Shown here in pieces: positions 29,282 to 38,989 of a stretch of 64,000 nt of DNA (positions are counted from its first letter, which is position 1; the number at the start of each line of letters is the position of its first letter). Source of the stretch: Spirochaetia bacterium (GTDB lineage: Bacteria > Spirochaetota > Spirochaetia > DSM-2461); assembly GCA_963668315.1 (NCBI GenBank), contig OY764216.1, positions 2,912,001-2,976,000 of the forward strand, read 5' to 3'. A program made the translations under genes and the position numbers. Under the pieces are notes generated by a model. The model was not told where the DNA came from, searched no databases, and saw only the letters and a list, made by a program, of their open reading frames with translations.

Positions 29282-30265
29282 TCAGCGCTTACCGTCGGAA
29301 AAGAGAAGCACGTCCTTAATGGAATCTGCCCCGGAAAGTGCCATTATCAGCCGGTCTAGGCCAATGGCGTTTCCCGATACGGCGGGGTAATCCTTATGGA
29401 AATAATCTCCGTAACGGGAATCTATCCCGTGGGGGACCCGGGCGGACTCCTTTGCTTTCCCTTCCAGGGCAAAGTATTCGGAAATCCGGGATTTCACTGT
29501 CTCCTCTGTGTAGCAGTTGGCCACTTCCATTCCGGCGATATACATTTCCCATCGCTCGCACCACAATGTCCCTTCCTTTCTCCTGGAGAGGGTCGGTACG
29601 AAAGCGGGGTAATCGGTCAGCACAACGGTCCTGTCTTCCGGCAGGGAGGGTTCCACCAGGGTCAGGAAGGCCCGGTTGAAGAGAACCTCTTCATCATCAT
29701 CCCCGTCATAGGGGATCTCCCGTGAGCTCAGTTCCCTCTGAAGGCCCTCAATGCTCCCCCTCTCTTCCAGGCTGAATCCGGCCCATTTCATGAAAGCCTC
29801 CTCCATGGAAATAAGGAGAAAGGGTTCGGTAAAATAGGAGCGCATCTCCTCTGAGGCAAGGGGGGCGAGGGCGTGGAAGAGCTCTTCGGTCAGGCCTATG
29901 TTATCCCGGTAATCCCTGTCTATGGCATACCACTCCAGCATGGAAAATTCATTGCTGTGGAGCCTGCCGGACTGTTCGCTGTTTCTGAAGCATTTGCTTA
30001 TCTGAAACAGGCTGGGAGATCCCTGGGAGAGGAGTTTCTTCATCCATACTTCGGGAGAGGGGACGAGGTAGCGATCGGCGCTCCGGCCGAGAAAATCAAA
30101 TTTTTCCGTTTTGAAAATCTCTATGGCGCTTTCGGGGATCAGATCGGGGGAGAGAAGGGGGGTTTCCACTTCCAGGTATTCCCGGCTCATGAAAAAATCT
30201 CTTATGGTGCGGTATACCCGGGAGCGAAAACGGGCGGCCTCCCAAATGTTTGAAAAGCCGTGCAA
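29282..30265 (-). CDS. epmA: EF-P lysine aminoacylase EpmA (GenX/PoxA)
   Basis: LysRS-like catalytic domain only: EVETP, SPE..MKKLL, FRNSE, EFSMLEWY, IGLDRL; next to efp. Confidence 0.88.
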   Translation of the reverse strand: MHGFSNIWEAARFRSRVYRTIRDFFMSREYLEVETPLLSPDLIPESAIEIFKTEKFDFLGRSADRYLVPSPEVWMKKLLSQGSPSLFQISKCFRNSEQSGRLHSNEFSMLEWYAIDRDYRDNIGLTEELFHALAPLASEEMRSYFTEPFLLISMEEAFMKWAGFSLEERGSIEGLQRELSSREIPYDGDDDEEVLFNRAFLTLVEPSLPEDRTVVLTDYPAFVPTLSRRKEGTLWCERWEMYIAGMEVANCYTEETVKSRISEYFALEGKAKESARVPHGIDSRYGDYFHKDYPAVSGNAIGLDRLIMALSGADSIKDVLLFSDGKR

Positions 30266-30266
30266 A

Positions 30267-30440
30267 TCAGGCCTGGCTGATGCAGTCTGCCGGACAGGCG
30301 TCTACGCAGGAGCCGCAGTCGGTACAGGAATCGGGATCAATAACTCTTACTCCGTCTTTTTCGCTGATAGCTTCGACGGGACATTCCGGTTCGCAAGCAC
30401 CGCAGTTTACGCATTCACTGGAATCAATTACGTGGGCCAT
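30267..30440 (-). CDS. 2[4Fe-4S] clostridial-type ferredoxin
   Basis: Two CxxCxxCxxxCP motifs in 57 aa. Confidence 0.93.
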   Translation of the reverse strand: MAHVIDSSECVNCGACEPECPVEAISEKDGVRVIDPDSCTDCGSCVDACPADCISQA

Positions 30441-30555
30441 AGTGGTCCTCCCTTTATTGGATTTTCTCAAAGATTAAGGCCAAAAGGGGGGAAAAGCAAG
30501 GGGAAAAGGAAGAATTATTCTTAACTATGAGCCGATTTTATGATAGTTTTGAATT

Positions 30556-30972
30556 ATGAATACAGACCTGCCTCCCCTGGTCCTTATCGTGGGTATCCTT
30601 TCGTTTGTGCTTTTCCTGGCAGCTCTTATTACCATGCCCTGGATCATTGGCTCTCTGCCCCGGGACGTTTTTCTGAGAGGAAAAGAGAAGGAGCAATCCC
30701 ATCCTGTCGTCTCTATTCTCATCCTTATTGCTAGGAATGTCATGGGACTGCTTTTTTTTACCATGGGGTTTGTCATGCTGTTCATGCCCGGTCAGGGGCT
30801 GCTGACGATGCTGGCCGGTCTGGTTCTTATGAGATTTCCCGGGAAAACCCGGCTGGTACACCGTATCCTGTCCCTGTCAATCATTCAAAAGGGATTGAAC
30901 GGATTGAGAAGGCGGATGGGAAAGGAAACCTTCCTCTTCCCGGGAGAGGAAAGACCAGGGAAGGGTTCTTGA
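30556..30972 (+). CDS. PGPGW-family small membrane protein
   Basis: G.VML.MPGQGLLT motif between TM helices. Confidence 0.7.
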   Translation: MNTDLPPLVLIVGILSFVLFLAALITMPWIIGSLPRDVFLRGKEKEQSHPVVSILILIARNVMGLLFFTMGFVMLFMPGQGLLTMLAGLVLMRFPGKTRLVHRILSLSIIQKGLNGLRRRMGKETFLFPGEERPGKGS

Positions 30973-31053
30973 CTAATATCAACAAATCATAATATGGTGT
31001 TCCGAATCGAATTTAACCAGGTCTGCCGCCAGGCGTCCTAAGGAGTATTATCC

Positions 31054-31944
31054 ATGAAAGTCGTAGATATTTTGAAATCGGGAAATCAGACATCGGTCAG
31101 TTTCGAATTTTTCCCGCCCAAGACGGAAAAGGGCTTCCAGAAACTCTACGAAACCATGTCAGAGCTGGACACTCTCAAACCCTCCTATGTAAGCGTTACC
31201 TACGGGGCCGGCGGATCAACCAGGGAGAATACCCATAAGCTTGTGACGCGCATAAAAAAAGAGTCAAGCTTTGAAGTGGTGGCCCATCTGACCTGCGTCG
31301 GTTCCACCCGGGACGAAGTCGCCCGTATTCTGGATAATTATGACGAGGCGGGGGTTCAGAATATCCTGGCTCTGCGCGGTGATCTTCCCAGGGGAATGAC
31401 CGAGTGGAACCCCTCCGGGCAGGGTTTTGACCATGCCGCCGATCTGGTTGCCTTCATCAAGGAAAGGAAGCCCCACTTCGGTATCGGTGTGGCCGGTTTT
31501 CCCGAAGGCCATCCCGAAGCCTTCAACCGTCTGAGAGAGATCGATTACCTGAAAGAGAAAATAGACCGAGGGGCCGACTATATCGTGACCCAGCTGTTCT
31601 TCGATAACCGTGATTTCTATGATTTTGTCGACCGCTGCCGCGTTGTGGGCATTGAAGTTCCCGTAGTCGCCGGTATCATGGCCATCACATCCCGTCAATC
31701 GATGCTGCGCATGGCCGATCTTTCCGCCAATGCCCGTTTCCCCGCTCCTCTCCTCAGGCTTGTCAACAGGGCCGATGAGGACGAAGCCGTTTCCCGGGCG
31801 GGGATTCACTGGGCCGCCGAACAGGTCAGGGACCTTATCGATAACGGGGTCGCCGGCGTGCATATCTACACGCTGAATAACTCCCGGGTCTCCAAAGAGA
31901 TCTGCCTTAATCTGGGGTTAAAGGATTTCGCCTCTCTCCGATAG
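31054..31944 (+). CDS. metF: 5,10-methylenetetrahydrofolate reductase
   Basis: SFEFFPPK, SVTYGAGG, AHLTC, LALRGD, TQLFFD, YTLN. Confidence 0.95.
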   Translation: MKVVDILKSGNQTSVSFEFFPPKTEKGFQKLYETMSELDTLKPSYVSVTYGAGGSTRENTHKLVTRIKKESSFEVVAHLTCVGSTRDEVARILDNYDEAGVQNILALRGDLPRGMTEWNPSGQGFDHAADLVAFIKERKPHFGIGVAGFPEGHPEAFNRLREIDYLKEKIDRGADYIVTQLFFDNRDFYDFVDRCRVVGIEVPVVAGIMAITSRQSMLRMADLSANARFPAPLLRLVNRADEDEAVSRAGIHWAAEQVRDLIDNGVAGVHIYTLNNSRVSKEICLNLGLKDFASLR

Positions 31945-31947
31945 GCC

Positions 31948-32841
31948 CTATATCTGATTTCTCAGATAAATCCGCTGGGCCCTCTCCATGAAGAAAACGG
32001 CAAGAAAAGGCGGTTTCCTGATCATCTGGTCGGGAAAATCGGCCAGAGCCTTGTCGAAATTCTCCCTGTTGATGCCTCCCTCAAAGGGATGGCAGGGGGC
32101 TATGTTGCCCGGTTTGTCCACTATGAGCAGGGGATAGGGAGCCTCCCCGTCCCAGAGAAAATGTCCTTCGCCGGCCAGGAAAAAGGGCGCTCTTCCCTCC
32201 AGGAGGGGAATAAGCTGATTCAGTTTGCCCTTCAGGTTTTTCTCTCCCCCTTCCTCCAGACTGTCCAGGAGCAGGGGATTCTGTATGTAAAGATTGGGGA
32301 TATCCTCTTTTCCTTCAAGAGAGTAGATGATTCCCTTTTCTCCCTCTTCCGGCAGAACGGCCAAGGTGATTCCTTCCTCCCCCTCTTCCAGATTATGGTT
32401 GAAATCATAGAGATAGCGGAGAAAATCAATATGTTCTTCGTAAAGTGTCAGGTAACCGGTACGTCCGCTTAATTCCGCCGCCGAATCGGCGAAGAAGCGG
32501 GAGGCACGGAGAAGGGCATTGGCCTGGAGGAGGCCGTCGTCGGGGATAAACCAGAGATCCAGGTTCGTGATACCCCTGCTGTGGAGCAGGGGAAGGAGGT
32601 ACTTGAGCACTTCCAGTCCCTGTCCATAGGCGGCGCCGTCCACCAGATTCACCGTATCGGTGCCTTCCAGGGCTTCGATGACCCACCGGTCCGGCTTGTC
32701 GCTGTGCCGCCGGATCTCGGCGGCCAGTTTTTCCGCTTCGTCGGCGCTGTAGGGCTGAACGGCTTCCTCTTCCCGGCAGGAAAAGAGAAGGAGAAGGAGG
32801 AAAAGGGGCAGGCCGATTCTTGTCGCCATCCGTCTCATCAT
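31948..32841 (-). CDS. Hypothetical lipoprotein
   Basis: Lipobox LLLFSC after a basic N-terminus; coupled to the upstream gene. Confidence 0.6.
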   Translation of the reverse strand: MMRRMATRIGLPLFLLLLLFSCREEEAVQPYSADEAEKLAAEIRRHSDKPDRWVIEALEGTDTVNLVDGAAYGQGLEVLKYLLPLLHSRGITNLDLWFIPDDGLLQANALLRASRFFADSAAELSGRTGYLTLYEEHIDFLRYLYDFNHNLEEGEEGITLAVLPEEGEKGIIYSLEGKEDIPNLYIQNPLLLDSLEEGGEKNLKGKLNQLIPLLEGRAPFFLAGEGHFLWDGEAPYPLLIVDKPGNIAPCHPFEGGINRENFDKALADFPDQMIRKPPFLAVFFMERAQRIYLRNQI

Positions 32842-33119
32842 TTATCTTCCCCCTTCACAAACCTCAGAGTGGCCGCTTCCTTGCTGTCGTCACGGAACTC
32901 CTCGATAAGGGAGACCGACTGAAAGGGAATCATGAGATGGTCGGTTCCGGCGAATTCCTTCTTCAGGTCATCTTCGCCTGGATTGATGATAAGACTGCTT
33001 TCCCGGGTGAATACCAGATCTTTTATGGAAACAAAATAGGGATGGGTCAGATCCAGACTTCTGGCCTTCAGTTTATGATCCTTCCCGTTCCATTTGAAAT
33101 GGACTCTATATAATGACAA
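32838..33119 (-). CDS. DUF1820-like protein
   Basis: YRVHF...IINPGEDDLKKEF...IPFQSVSLIEE pattern; TTG start with GGAG SD. Confidence 0.65.
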   Translation of the reverse strand: MSLYRVHFKWNGKDHKLKARSLDLTHPYFVSIKDLVFTRESSLIINPGEDDLKKEFAGTDHLMIPFQSVSLIEEFRDDSKEAATLRFVKGEDK

Positions 33120-33250
33120 GTTGTTTACTCCTTACGGGTCCCGGCGGGGGGTACTTTGCCGGATAGATTAACACCTATCGGTGAAAAAAAAAAGTATTAT
33201 GGGATAAAAATCGCTTGTTCGCCCCTTCGCGAAGGTTATATAATTGTCCC

Positions 33251-34024
33251 ATGGTATCGGCAATTGGACGGTGGGCTAGGCTCCGGTTGGCCGTCTTTTC
33301 CGAGGCGGTCGGTTTTTTCCTCTTTCTTATCAAGGAAACCTTTCTCTTTCTTCAGAAGCGCAGGATAGGTCTGCGTGTTCTGATTATGCAGATTTTCTTC
33401 ACCGGCGTGGAAGCCCTGTCGGTCATCGCCCTGATCTCCCTGGGCGCGGGAGCGGTACTCATTGTGCAGGGAAACTCCATTCTTCCCCTCCTGGGCGACC
33501 CCAATCTGCTTTATGAGATCCTCATCACGGTGATCATGCGGGAAATGGGCCCCCTGATGACGGCATTCATCATTACCGCCCGCTCGGGAAGCGCCATCAC
33601 CACCGAACTGGGCAACATGGTCATTTCCCATGAGATGGAAGCCTATATGTCGGTGGGGATCAATCCCATCTCCCAGCTCGGAGTTCCCCGTCTGATAGGC
33701 GTGACCACCGCCATGATCCTTCTGAACATCTACTTTAATCTTTTCGGACTCCTCGGATCCTATATGGTGGCCAACCTGATCTCCCCCTTTCCCTTCAAGG
33801 AGTATCTCACCGGCCTCGTTATGCAGATGGAGGCGGTCGATGTCATCGCTTCCTTTGTCAAGAGTTTCGTCTTCGGCATCATAATCGCCGTCGTGTCGGT
33901 CTATCACGGATTCAAGGTCAATCTGGCGGTGACGGAAGTGCCTGTCAGGACGATCCGTTCCATCGGGTCCTGCATCGTTTACTGTATCCTGGCCGATGTG
34001 ATCATCATCGCCGCGCTTTTGTAG
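33251..34024 (+). CDS. mlaE: MlaE-family ABC permease
   Basis: REMGPLMTA, RSGSAITTELGNM, GINP...PR; ATG 33251 lies 6 nt after TATAAT. Confidence 0.88.
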   Translation: MVSAIGRWARLRLAVFSEAVGFFLFLIKETFLFLQKRRIGLRVLIMQIFFTGVEALSVIALISLGAGAVLIVQGNSILPLLGDPNLLYEILITVIMREMGPLMTAFIITARSGSAITTELGNMVISHEMEAYMSVGINPISQLGVPRLIGVTTAMILLNIYFNLFGLLGSYMVANLISPFPFKEYLTGLVMQMEAVDVIASFVKSFVFGIIIAVVSVYHGFKVNLAVTEVPVRTIRSIGSCIVYCILADVIIIAALL

Positions 34025-34032
34025 GGAGAGAT

Positions 34033-34773
34033 ATGGAAGAAGTTCTGAAGCTGGAAAATGTGACCTACGGCGTAGGCGATGAAGTGATTATCGGAGACAT
34101 CAACCTGTCCTTCTACCAAGGGAGCACCACCATCATCATCGGCCCCTCGGGCTGCGGTAAATCCTCCCTTCTGAAGGTGGCCGCCGGGCTGTACCCGCAG
34201 ATACAGGGCAGGGTCTTATTCCGGGGAGACGATGTTTCCCGGATGAATGAGAAGGAGTACCAGCACATGCAGAGGCAGACGGGGTTCCTGTTCCAGGACA
34301 GCGCCCTCTGGGCCAATATGTCCCTTTATGATAACCTGACCCTGCCCGTTCTGGTCACTAATCCGGGGATTTCCCGGAAAGAGCTGGATGATATCGTGAA
34401 AAAGACGACGGGGATCATGAATTTCACCGAATCCCTGGACCAGAGGCCCGCCGCCCTGTCCGCCGGGGAGAGGAAGATCTTCTCCTTCCTCCGGTCCATT
34501 GTGACCGATCCCGAGGTTTTTTTTATGGACGAGCCGACCACTTTTATCGACAGGAACAAGGTGGGGCTCCTCAAGGATAAAATACGCCTTCTCAAGGAAG
34601 AGGGCAAAACGATTATCGGCGTGACCCATGACACGAATTTCGCCAGGGAGCTGGCCGATTATTTCATATTGCTGAACGGAGGCCGGATCGTCGCCGCGGG
34701 TAAAGTGGAAGACATCATGGCCAGCCGCGATCCGGTGGTACGGATTTTCATAGATGACTTTTTTCAGGGGTAG
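34033..34773 (+). CDS. mlaF: MlaF-like ABC ATPase
   Basis: GPSGCGKS, LFQDSAL, LSAGE, DEPT, VTHD. Confidence 0.85.
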   Translation: MEEVLKLENVTYGVGDEVIIGDINLSFYQGSTTIIIGPSGCGKSSLLKVAAGLYPQIQGRVLFRGDDVSRMNEKEYQHMQRQTGFLFQDSALWANMSLYDNLTLPVLVTNPGISRKELDDIVKKTTGIMNFTESLDQRPAALSAGERKIFSFLRSIVTDPEVFFMDEPTTFIDRNKVGLLKDKIRLLKEEGKTIIGVTHDTNFARELADYFILLNGGRIVAAGKVEDIMASRDPVVRIFIDDFFQG

Positions 34774-34785
34774 GAGTGTGCAGCC

Positions 34786-35793
34786 ATGACATTTAAATTT
34801 CGCTATGCCGATAGGATCGTTGGTATTTTCATACTGGTCGCTCTCTCTTTCGTCCTGTTTATGCTGATTGTCGCCGGCGTGAACAGGCAGTGGTTCGCCC
34901 ATAAATATCACTACTACTCCCGGTTCTCTTCGGCCGCCGGGCTGAGTGTGGGCAAGGCTATCGATTTCAAGGGGATCGAGGTGGGGTCGGTCAAGTCTAT
35001 CAGCCTGAACGACGAGAATACCATCGATGCGGAGATCGTTATCTACGAGGCGTATATCGATAAGCTCAGACCCAATTCCGTCCTGGAACTTACCTCCAAC
35101 CCCCTGGGGCTGGGAGGGGGACTCACCCTCTATCCCGGGAACAACGATCTTCCCCGTCCCGAGGAGGGGGCTTTTATCCCCTCCACCCAGTTCCCCGAAG
35201 GCAAACGCCTCGTGGAGGAGGGGTATACCCTCAAGGAGGGAGGCAGCGATATGGTGGGCGAACTGCTCGCCTCCGTTCCCGAGCTTCTTGACCATGTCGA
35301 CCAGACAGTGGTCTCTGTCAACAGTCTCATCCTGACTCTGGACCGCTCCCTTCAGGGGGATCCGGCCGCCGGACCGGTGGGAAGCATCCTCTGGGATGTG
35401 GACGGCCTGGTGGGAGAGGCGGAAGGCCTGGTGAATCAGCTGGCTTCCCTTATCGGACAGCTGGAGGACGCGGAGCACATACTTCCCGCCCTTGTGGGTA
35501 CCGAGGGAGTGGTGGGAGGTCTCTTCTCCGATGAAGCGGATTTTTACGGGCGGATTACCGGTCTGACCGACGAGGTGCTGGTCAGCCTGAATAATCTTTC
35601 CGGCCTTACCGGCGCTCTTCATGCGGACAGTCCCAAAATCGACCTGATCCTCTCCGAGCTGGCGGTCACTCTGGACAGGGCCCAGGACGTGATGGAAGGA
35701 TTGAAGAATAACCCGCTCCTTAAGGGGGGAATCGAAGAAAACAGGGAAATCCCCCCTTCGGGAGGGGCGGCGATGAGGAATGAGGAGTTCTGA
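34786..35793 (+). CDS. mlaD: MlaD/MCE-domain protein with helical extension
   Basis: N-terminal TM, AAGLSVG...KGIEVGSV MCE motif. Confidence 0.85.
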   Translation: MTFKFRYADRIVGIFILVALSFVLFMLIVAGVNRQWFAHKYHYYSRFSSAAGLSVGKAIDFKGIEVGSVKSISLNDENTIDAEIVIYEAYIDKLRPNSVLELTSNPLGLGGGLTLYPGNNDLPRPEEGAFIPSTQFPEGKRLVEEGYTLKEGGSDMVGELLASVPELLDHVDQTVVSVNSLILTLDRSLQGDPAAGPVGSILWDVDGLVGEAEGLVNQLASLIGQLEDAEHILPALVGTEGVVGGLFSDEADFYGRITGLTDEVLVSLNNLSGLTGALHADSPKIDLILSELAVTLDRAQDVMEGLKNNPLLKGGIEENREIPPSGGAAMRNEEF

Positions 35794-36736
35794 AATGACG
35801 GAGAATAGAGACCTAAGAGACGCAGCTGGCAGGAATTATCGACCGGATGATAAAAAAAACCGTTTTTATTTGCGCTATGTCATATGTTCTGTTATTATGA
35901 TTTTAATTGTTTCCGCCTGCTCCTCCCTGCCCAAGGGGGTGGAACCGGTCACGGCAAAGTATGAAGCGGCCGCCCAGTCATACGAACTGGGGGAAAATCA
36001 GCTGCACCAGGGATTATATCCCGCGGCTATTGGAAATTTCGAAGCCGCCCTTAATCAGTTCGCCGTTCTTGACGAGAGACGGGGGGTGATCAAGGCGTTT
36101 CTGGCCATCGGCCGGACCGCCGTGACAATGGGGGATTACGACAGGGCTTTACGCTGTTACGAGTGGGCCCTTCCCCTGGCGGAAAATCTGGATGATTCCG
36201 TCCTTTTGCTGGATACGGCCAATCATCTGGGGAACTGCTATCTGGCCCTCGGCGATCTTGACGGAGCGGAAGAGTGGAGCCTGCGCAGTTCTGTTCCGGA
36301 GGAACCTTCCGAGGTCCTGGCGGAACACTACAGACTTAAAGGAACGATTTTCAAAAGAAAAGGGGATTACGGGAAGGCCCTGGAATTTTATGAAAAAGCT
36401 CTGACCATAGACAGAGACATACCCGATTCCGTTCAGATCGGGACAAATCATTACCTGATGGGTTCGGCCTACTCTTTGATGGAAGACTACGCGAACGCCG
36501 AAATATCCCTGCTGACGGCCCTGGAAAAGGACCGTTTTTACGAATTACTACCCGGTATCGCCGCCGACCTGCTGGCCCTGGGGCTGGTTATGGAACATGA
36601 CGGCAGAACAGAGGAGGCTCTCCTCTACTACGACAGAGCATTCCTGGCCTGGAAAGGCCTGGGAAACGAGGACAGGATGGAAGAGCTGTCCCGCAGAGTA
36701 GCAGATATCAGGGGGGAGCCTTTGATTTTCCCCTGA
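35780..36736 (+). CDS. TPR lipoprotein (start uncertain)
   Basis: Lipobox VSAC; several TPR repeats (GDYGKALEFYEKAL). Confidence 0.75.
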   Translation: MRSSEMTENRDLRDAAGRNYRPDDKKNRFYLRYVICSVIMILIVSACSSLPKGVEPVTAKYEAAAQSYELGENQLHQGLYPAAIGNFEAALNQFAVLDERRGVIKAFLAIGRTAVTMGDYDRALRCYEWALPLAENLDDSVLLLDTANHLGNCYLALGDLDGAEEWSLRSSVPEEPSEVLAEHYRLKGTIFKRKGDYGKALEFYEKALTIDRDIPDSVQIGTNHYLMGSAYSLMEDYANAEISLLTALEKDRFYELLPGIAADLLALGLVMEHDGRTEEALLYYDRAFLAWKGLGNEDRMEELSRRVADIRGEPLIFP

Positions 36737-36818
36737 TGTTTAATAAACGCCGAGCCGAAGCCGGAGCCCTCCCGGGCACTATTCCATCGGACGCCCGGTA
36801 AAAAAGGGGTATTATAAA

Positions 36819-38978
36819 ATGCTGGGTTTAGTTTTTATCGCCGCCGTAGCCGCTCTGGCTTTCGCGGCCGTCAACTTTACCGCCGTAAAGAAGCGGGACG
36901 CCGGTACGGATTCCATGAAGGAGATCGCCGGTGCCATCCAGGAAGGAGCCGATGCATTCATTTCCCATGAATACAAGGTCATCCTGAGAATAGGCCTGAT
37001 TATCGTCGGCCTTTTGCTGATCGTCGTCTCATGGCAGGCGGCGGTCGCTTTCGTCATCGGCGCCTGTATGAGCGCCACCGCCGGGTGGATCGGCATGAAG
37101 ATCGCCACCCTGGCCAACGTAAGGGTTTCCAACGAAGCCCGCCGGACCCGAGACATCGGCTCGACCCTCAAAGTCGCCTTCCAGGGCGGTTCCGTCATGG
37201 GGTTGTGCGTCGCCGGTTTTGCTCTTCTCGGTCTGGGAATCGTCTATCTTGTGTTCGGTAAGTTTCTCCATCAGGCTGATCCGGATCATCTGACATTCCA
37301 CTCCAACTGGCTGGGTATCAGCGATATTCCGCTGACCATGACCGTCACCTCCTACGCGCTGGGCTGTTCCATCATCGCCATGTTCAACCGCGTGGGCGGA
37401 GGTATCTATACCAAGGCGGCCGACATGGGGGCCGATCTGGTGGGAAAGACCGAAGCGGGTATTCCCGAGGACGATCCCCGCAACCCCGCGACCATCGCCG
37501 ATAACGTGGGCGATAACGTGGGTGACGTGGCCGGACTGGGAGCGGACCTTCTGGAGAGTTTCGTCGGGGCCATCGTTTCCAGTGTGATTCTGGCTTCCTA
37601 CATGTATTTCGCGTCCACCCACACGGGCGTTACCATTCCCGAAGCTCTTGTCACTAAAATGATCTATTTTCCGATCATTTTCGCTGCCATGGGACTGCTG
37701 GCCAGTATAATCGGCATTCTTTCCCTGGTGTTGAAAAAAGCTTCGGCCAATCCGCACAGGGAATTGAACATCGCCACCTGGATCTCCGCCGGGTTAACAT
37801 TGATCGGCGCGGGCGTTCTCTCCGCCGTCTACTTCAAGGGTTTCGATCTGACCGTGGTCGGCTTCAATCTGGGAGCCATCAGCCCCTGGGTCGCCGCCGT
37901 GATGGGAATCGTCAGCGGCATCGTGATCGGCCAGCTGGCCGAGTACTACACGAGCTTCGACTTCAAGCCGACCCAGACCATATCCGCCGCGAGCCATGAG
38001 GGCGCCGCCCTGACCATTACCCAGGGACTGGCCGTGGGCATGTTCAGCGTGTTCTATCCGGTTATCGTGCTGGCCGCCGCCATCATCGCCGCCAATGGCG
38101 TGGCCGGTCTTTACGGCGTTTCCATGGCCGCCATCGGTATGTTAAGCTTTGTGGCCACCACCGTATCGGTGGATACCTACGGCCCCATCGCCGACAACGC
38201 CGGCGGTATTTCCGAAATGGCGGCTCTTGATCCGGAAGTGCGGGAAATCACCGACACCCTGGATTCGGTGGGCAACACCACAGCCGCCATAGGCAAGGGA
38301 TTCGCCATCGGTTCGGCCGCCTTCGCCGCCCTGTCCCTTTTCGCGTCCTTTCTCTACGCCCTGGGCGGGGAGAGCATCAATGCCGATTTCTCCCTGGTTC
38401 TGAACATGATCAACACCATGACCCTGGCCGGCGGTCTCGTCGGAGCGGCGCTTCCCTATCTTTTCTCCGGAATCCTGATCGAAGCGGTGGCCAAAGCCGC
38501 CCGGAAGATGGTGGACGAGGTGAGAAGGCAGTTCAGGGAGAAGCCGGGAATCCTCACGGGCGAGGACAAACCCAACTACAAGGAGTGTATCGAGATCTCC
38601 TCCATGGGAGCCATCCAGGAGATGAGGCTTCCCGCTTTGATTTCCGTTGTCATCCCCCTCATCGCCGGTTTCGTATTCGGCGCCCAGTTCGTGGGCGGTC
38701 TTCTGATCGGTACCACCCTCTCCTCCATCATGCTGGCCCTATTCACGGCCAACTCGGGAGGCGCCTGGGACAACGGAAAGAAGTATATCGAGCAGGGCCA
38801 TTTCGGTGGTAAGGGTTCGGAAGCCCACAAGGCGGGCGTCGTGGGCGATACGGTCGGCGACCCCCTCAAGGATACGGTGGGACCGTCCCTGGACATCCTC
38901 ATCAAAATCATGTCCGTCGTATCTCTGATTACCGTTTCGATATTCAGCAAGTATAATCTTTTTGACCTGATATTCTAA
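36819..38978 (+). CDS. hppA: K+-dependent, probably Na+-translocating membrane pyrophosphatase
   Basis: DMGADLVGKTE, EDDPRNP, DNVGDNVGD; GNTTAA (Ala = K+-dependent); ADLLESFVGAIVS as I recall from the Thermotoga Na+-PPase. Confidence 0.93.
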   Translation: MLGLVFIAAVAALAFAAVNFTAVKKRDAGTDSMKEIAGAIQEGADAFISHEYKVILRIGLIIVGLLLIVVSWQAAVAFVIGACMSATAGWIGMKIATLANVRVSNEARRTRDIGSTLKVAFQGGSVMGLCVAGFALLGLGIVYLVFGKFLHQADPDHLTFHSNWLGISDIPLTMTVTSYALGCSIIAMFNRVGGGIYTKAADMGADLVGKTEAGIPEDDPRNPATIADNVGDNVGDVAGLGADLLESFVGAIVSSVILASYMYFASTHTGVTIPEALVTKMIYFPIIFAAMGLLASIIGILSLVLKKASANPHRELNIATWISAGLTLIGAGVLSAVYFKGFDLTVVGFNLGAISPWVAAVMGIVSGIVIGQLAEYYTSFDFKPTQTISAASHEGAALTITQGLAVGMFSVFYPVIVLAAAIIAANGVAGLYGVSMAAIGMLSFVATTVSVDTYGPIADNAGGISEMAALDPEVREITDTLDSVGNTTAAIGKGFAIGSAAFAALSLFASFLYALGGESINADFSLVLNMINTMTLAGGLVGAALPYLFSGILIEAVAKAARKMVDEVRRQFREKPGILTGEDKPNYKECIEISSMGAIQEMRLPALISVVIPLIAGFVFGAQFVGGLLIGTTLSSIMLALFTANSGGAWDNGKKYIEQGHFGGKGSEAHKAGVVGDTVGDPLKDTVGPSLDILIKIMSVVSLITVSIFSKYNLFDLIF

Positions 38979-38989
38979 GGAGGGTAGAT

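Noticed and set aside
30975..31053. SAM/SAH riboswitch before metF
   Set aside because: Region is short and lacks a recognisable consensus
34216..35622. 468-aa minus-strand ORF (likewise 8944-10131, 19361-20620, 54719-55999)
   Set aside because: Shadows of well-supported genes on the opposite strand
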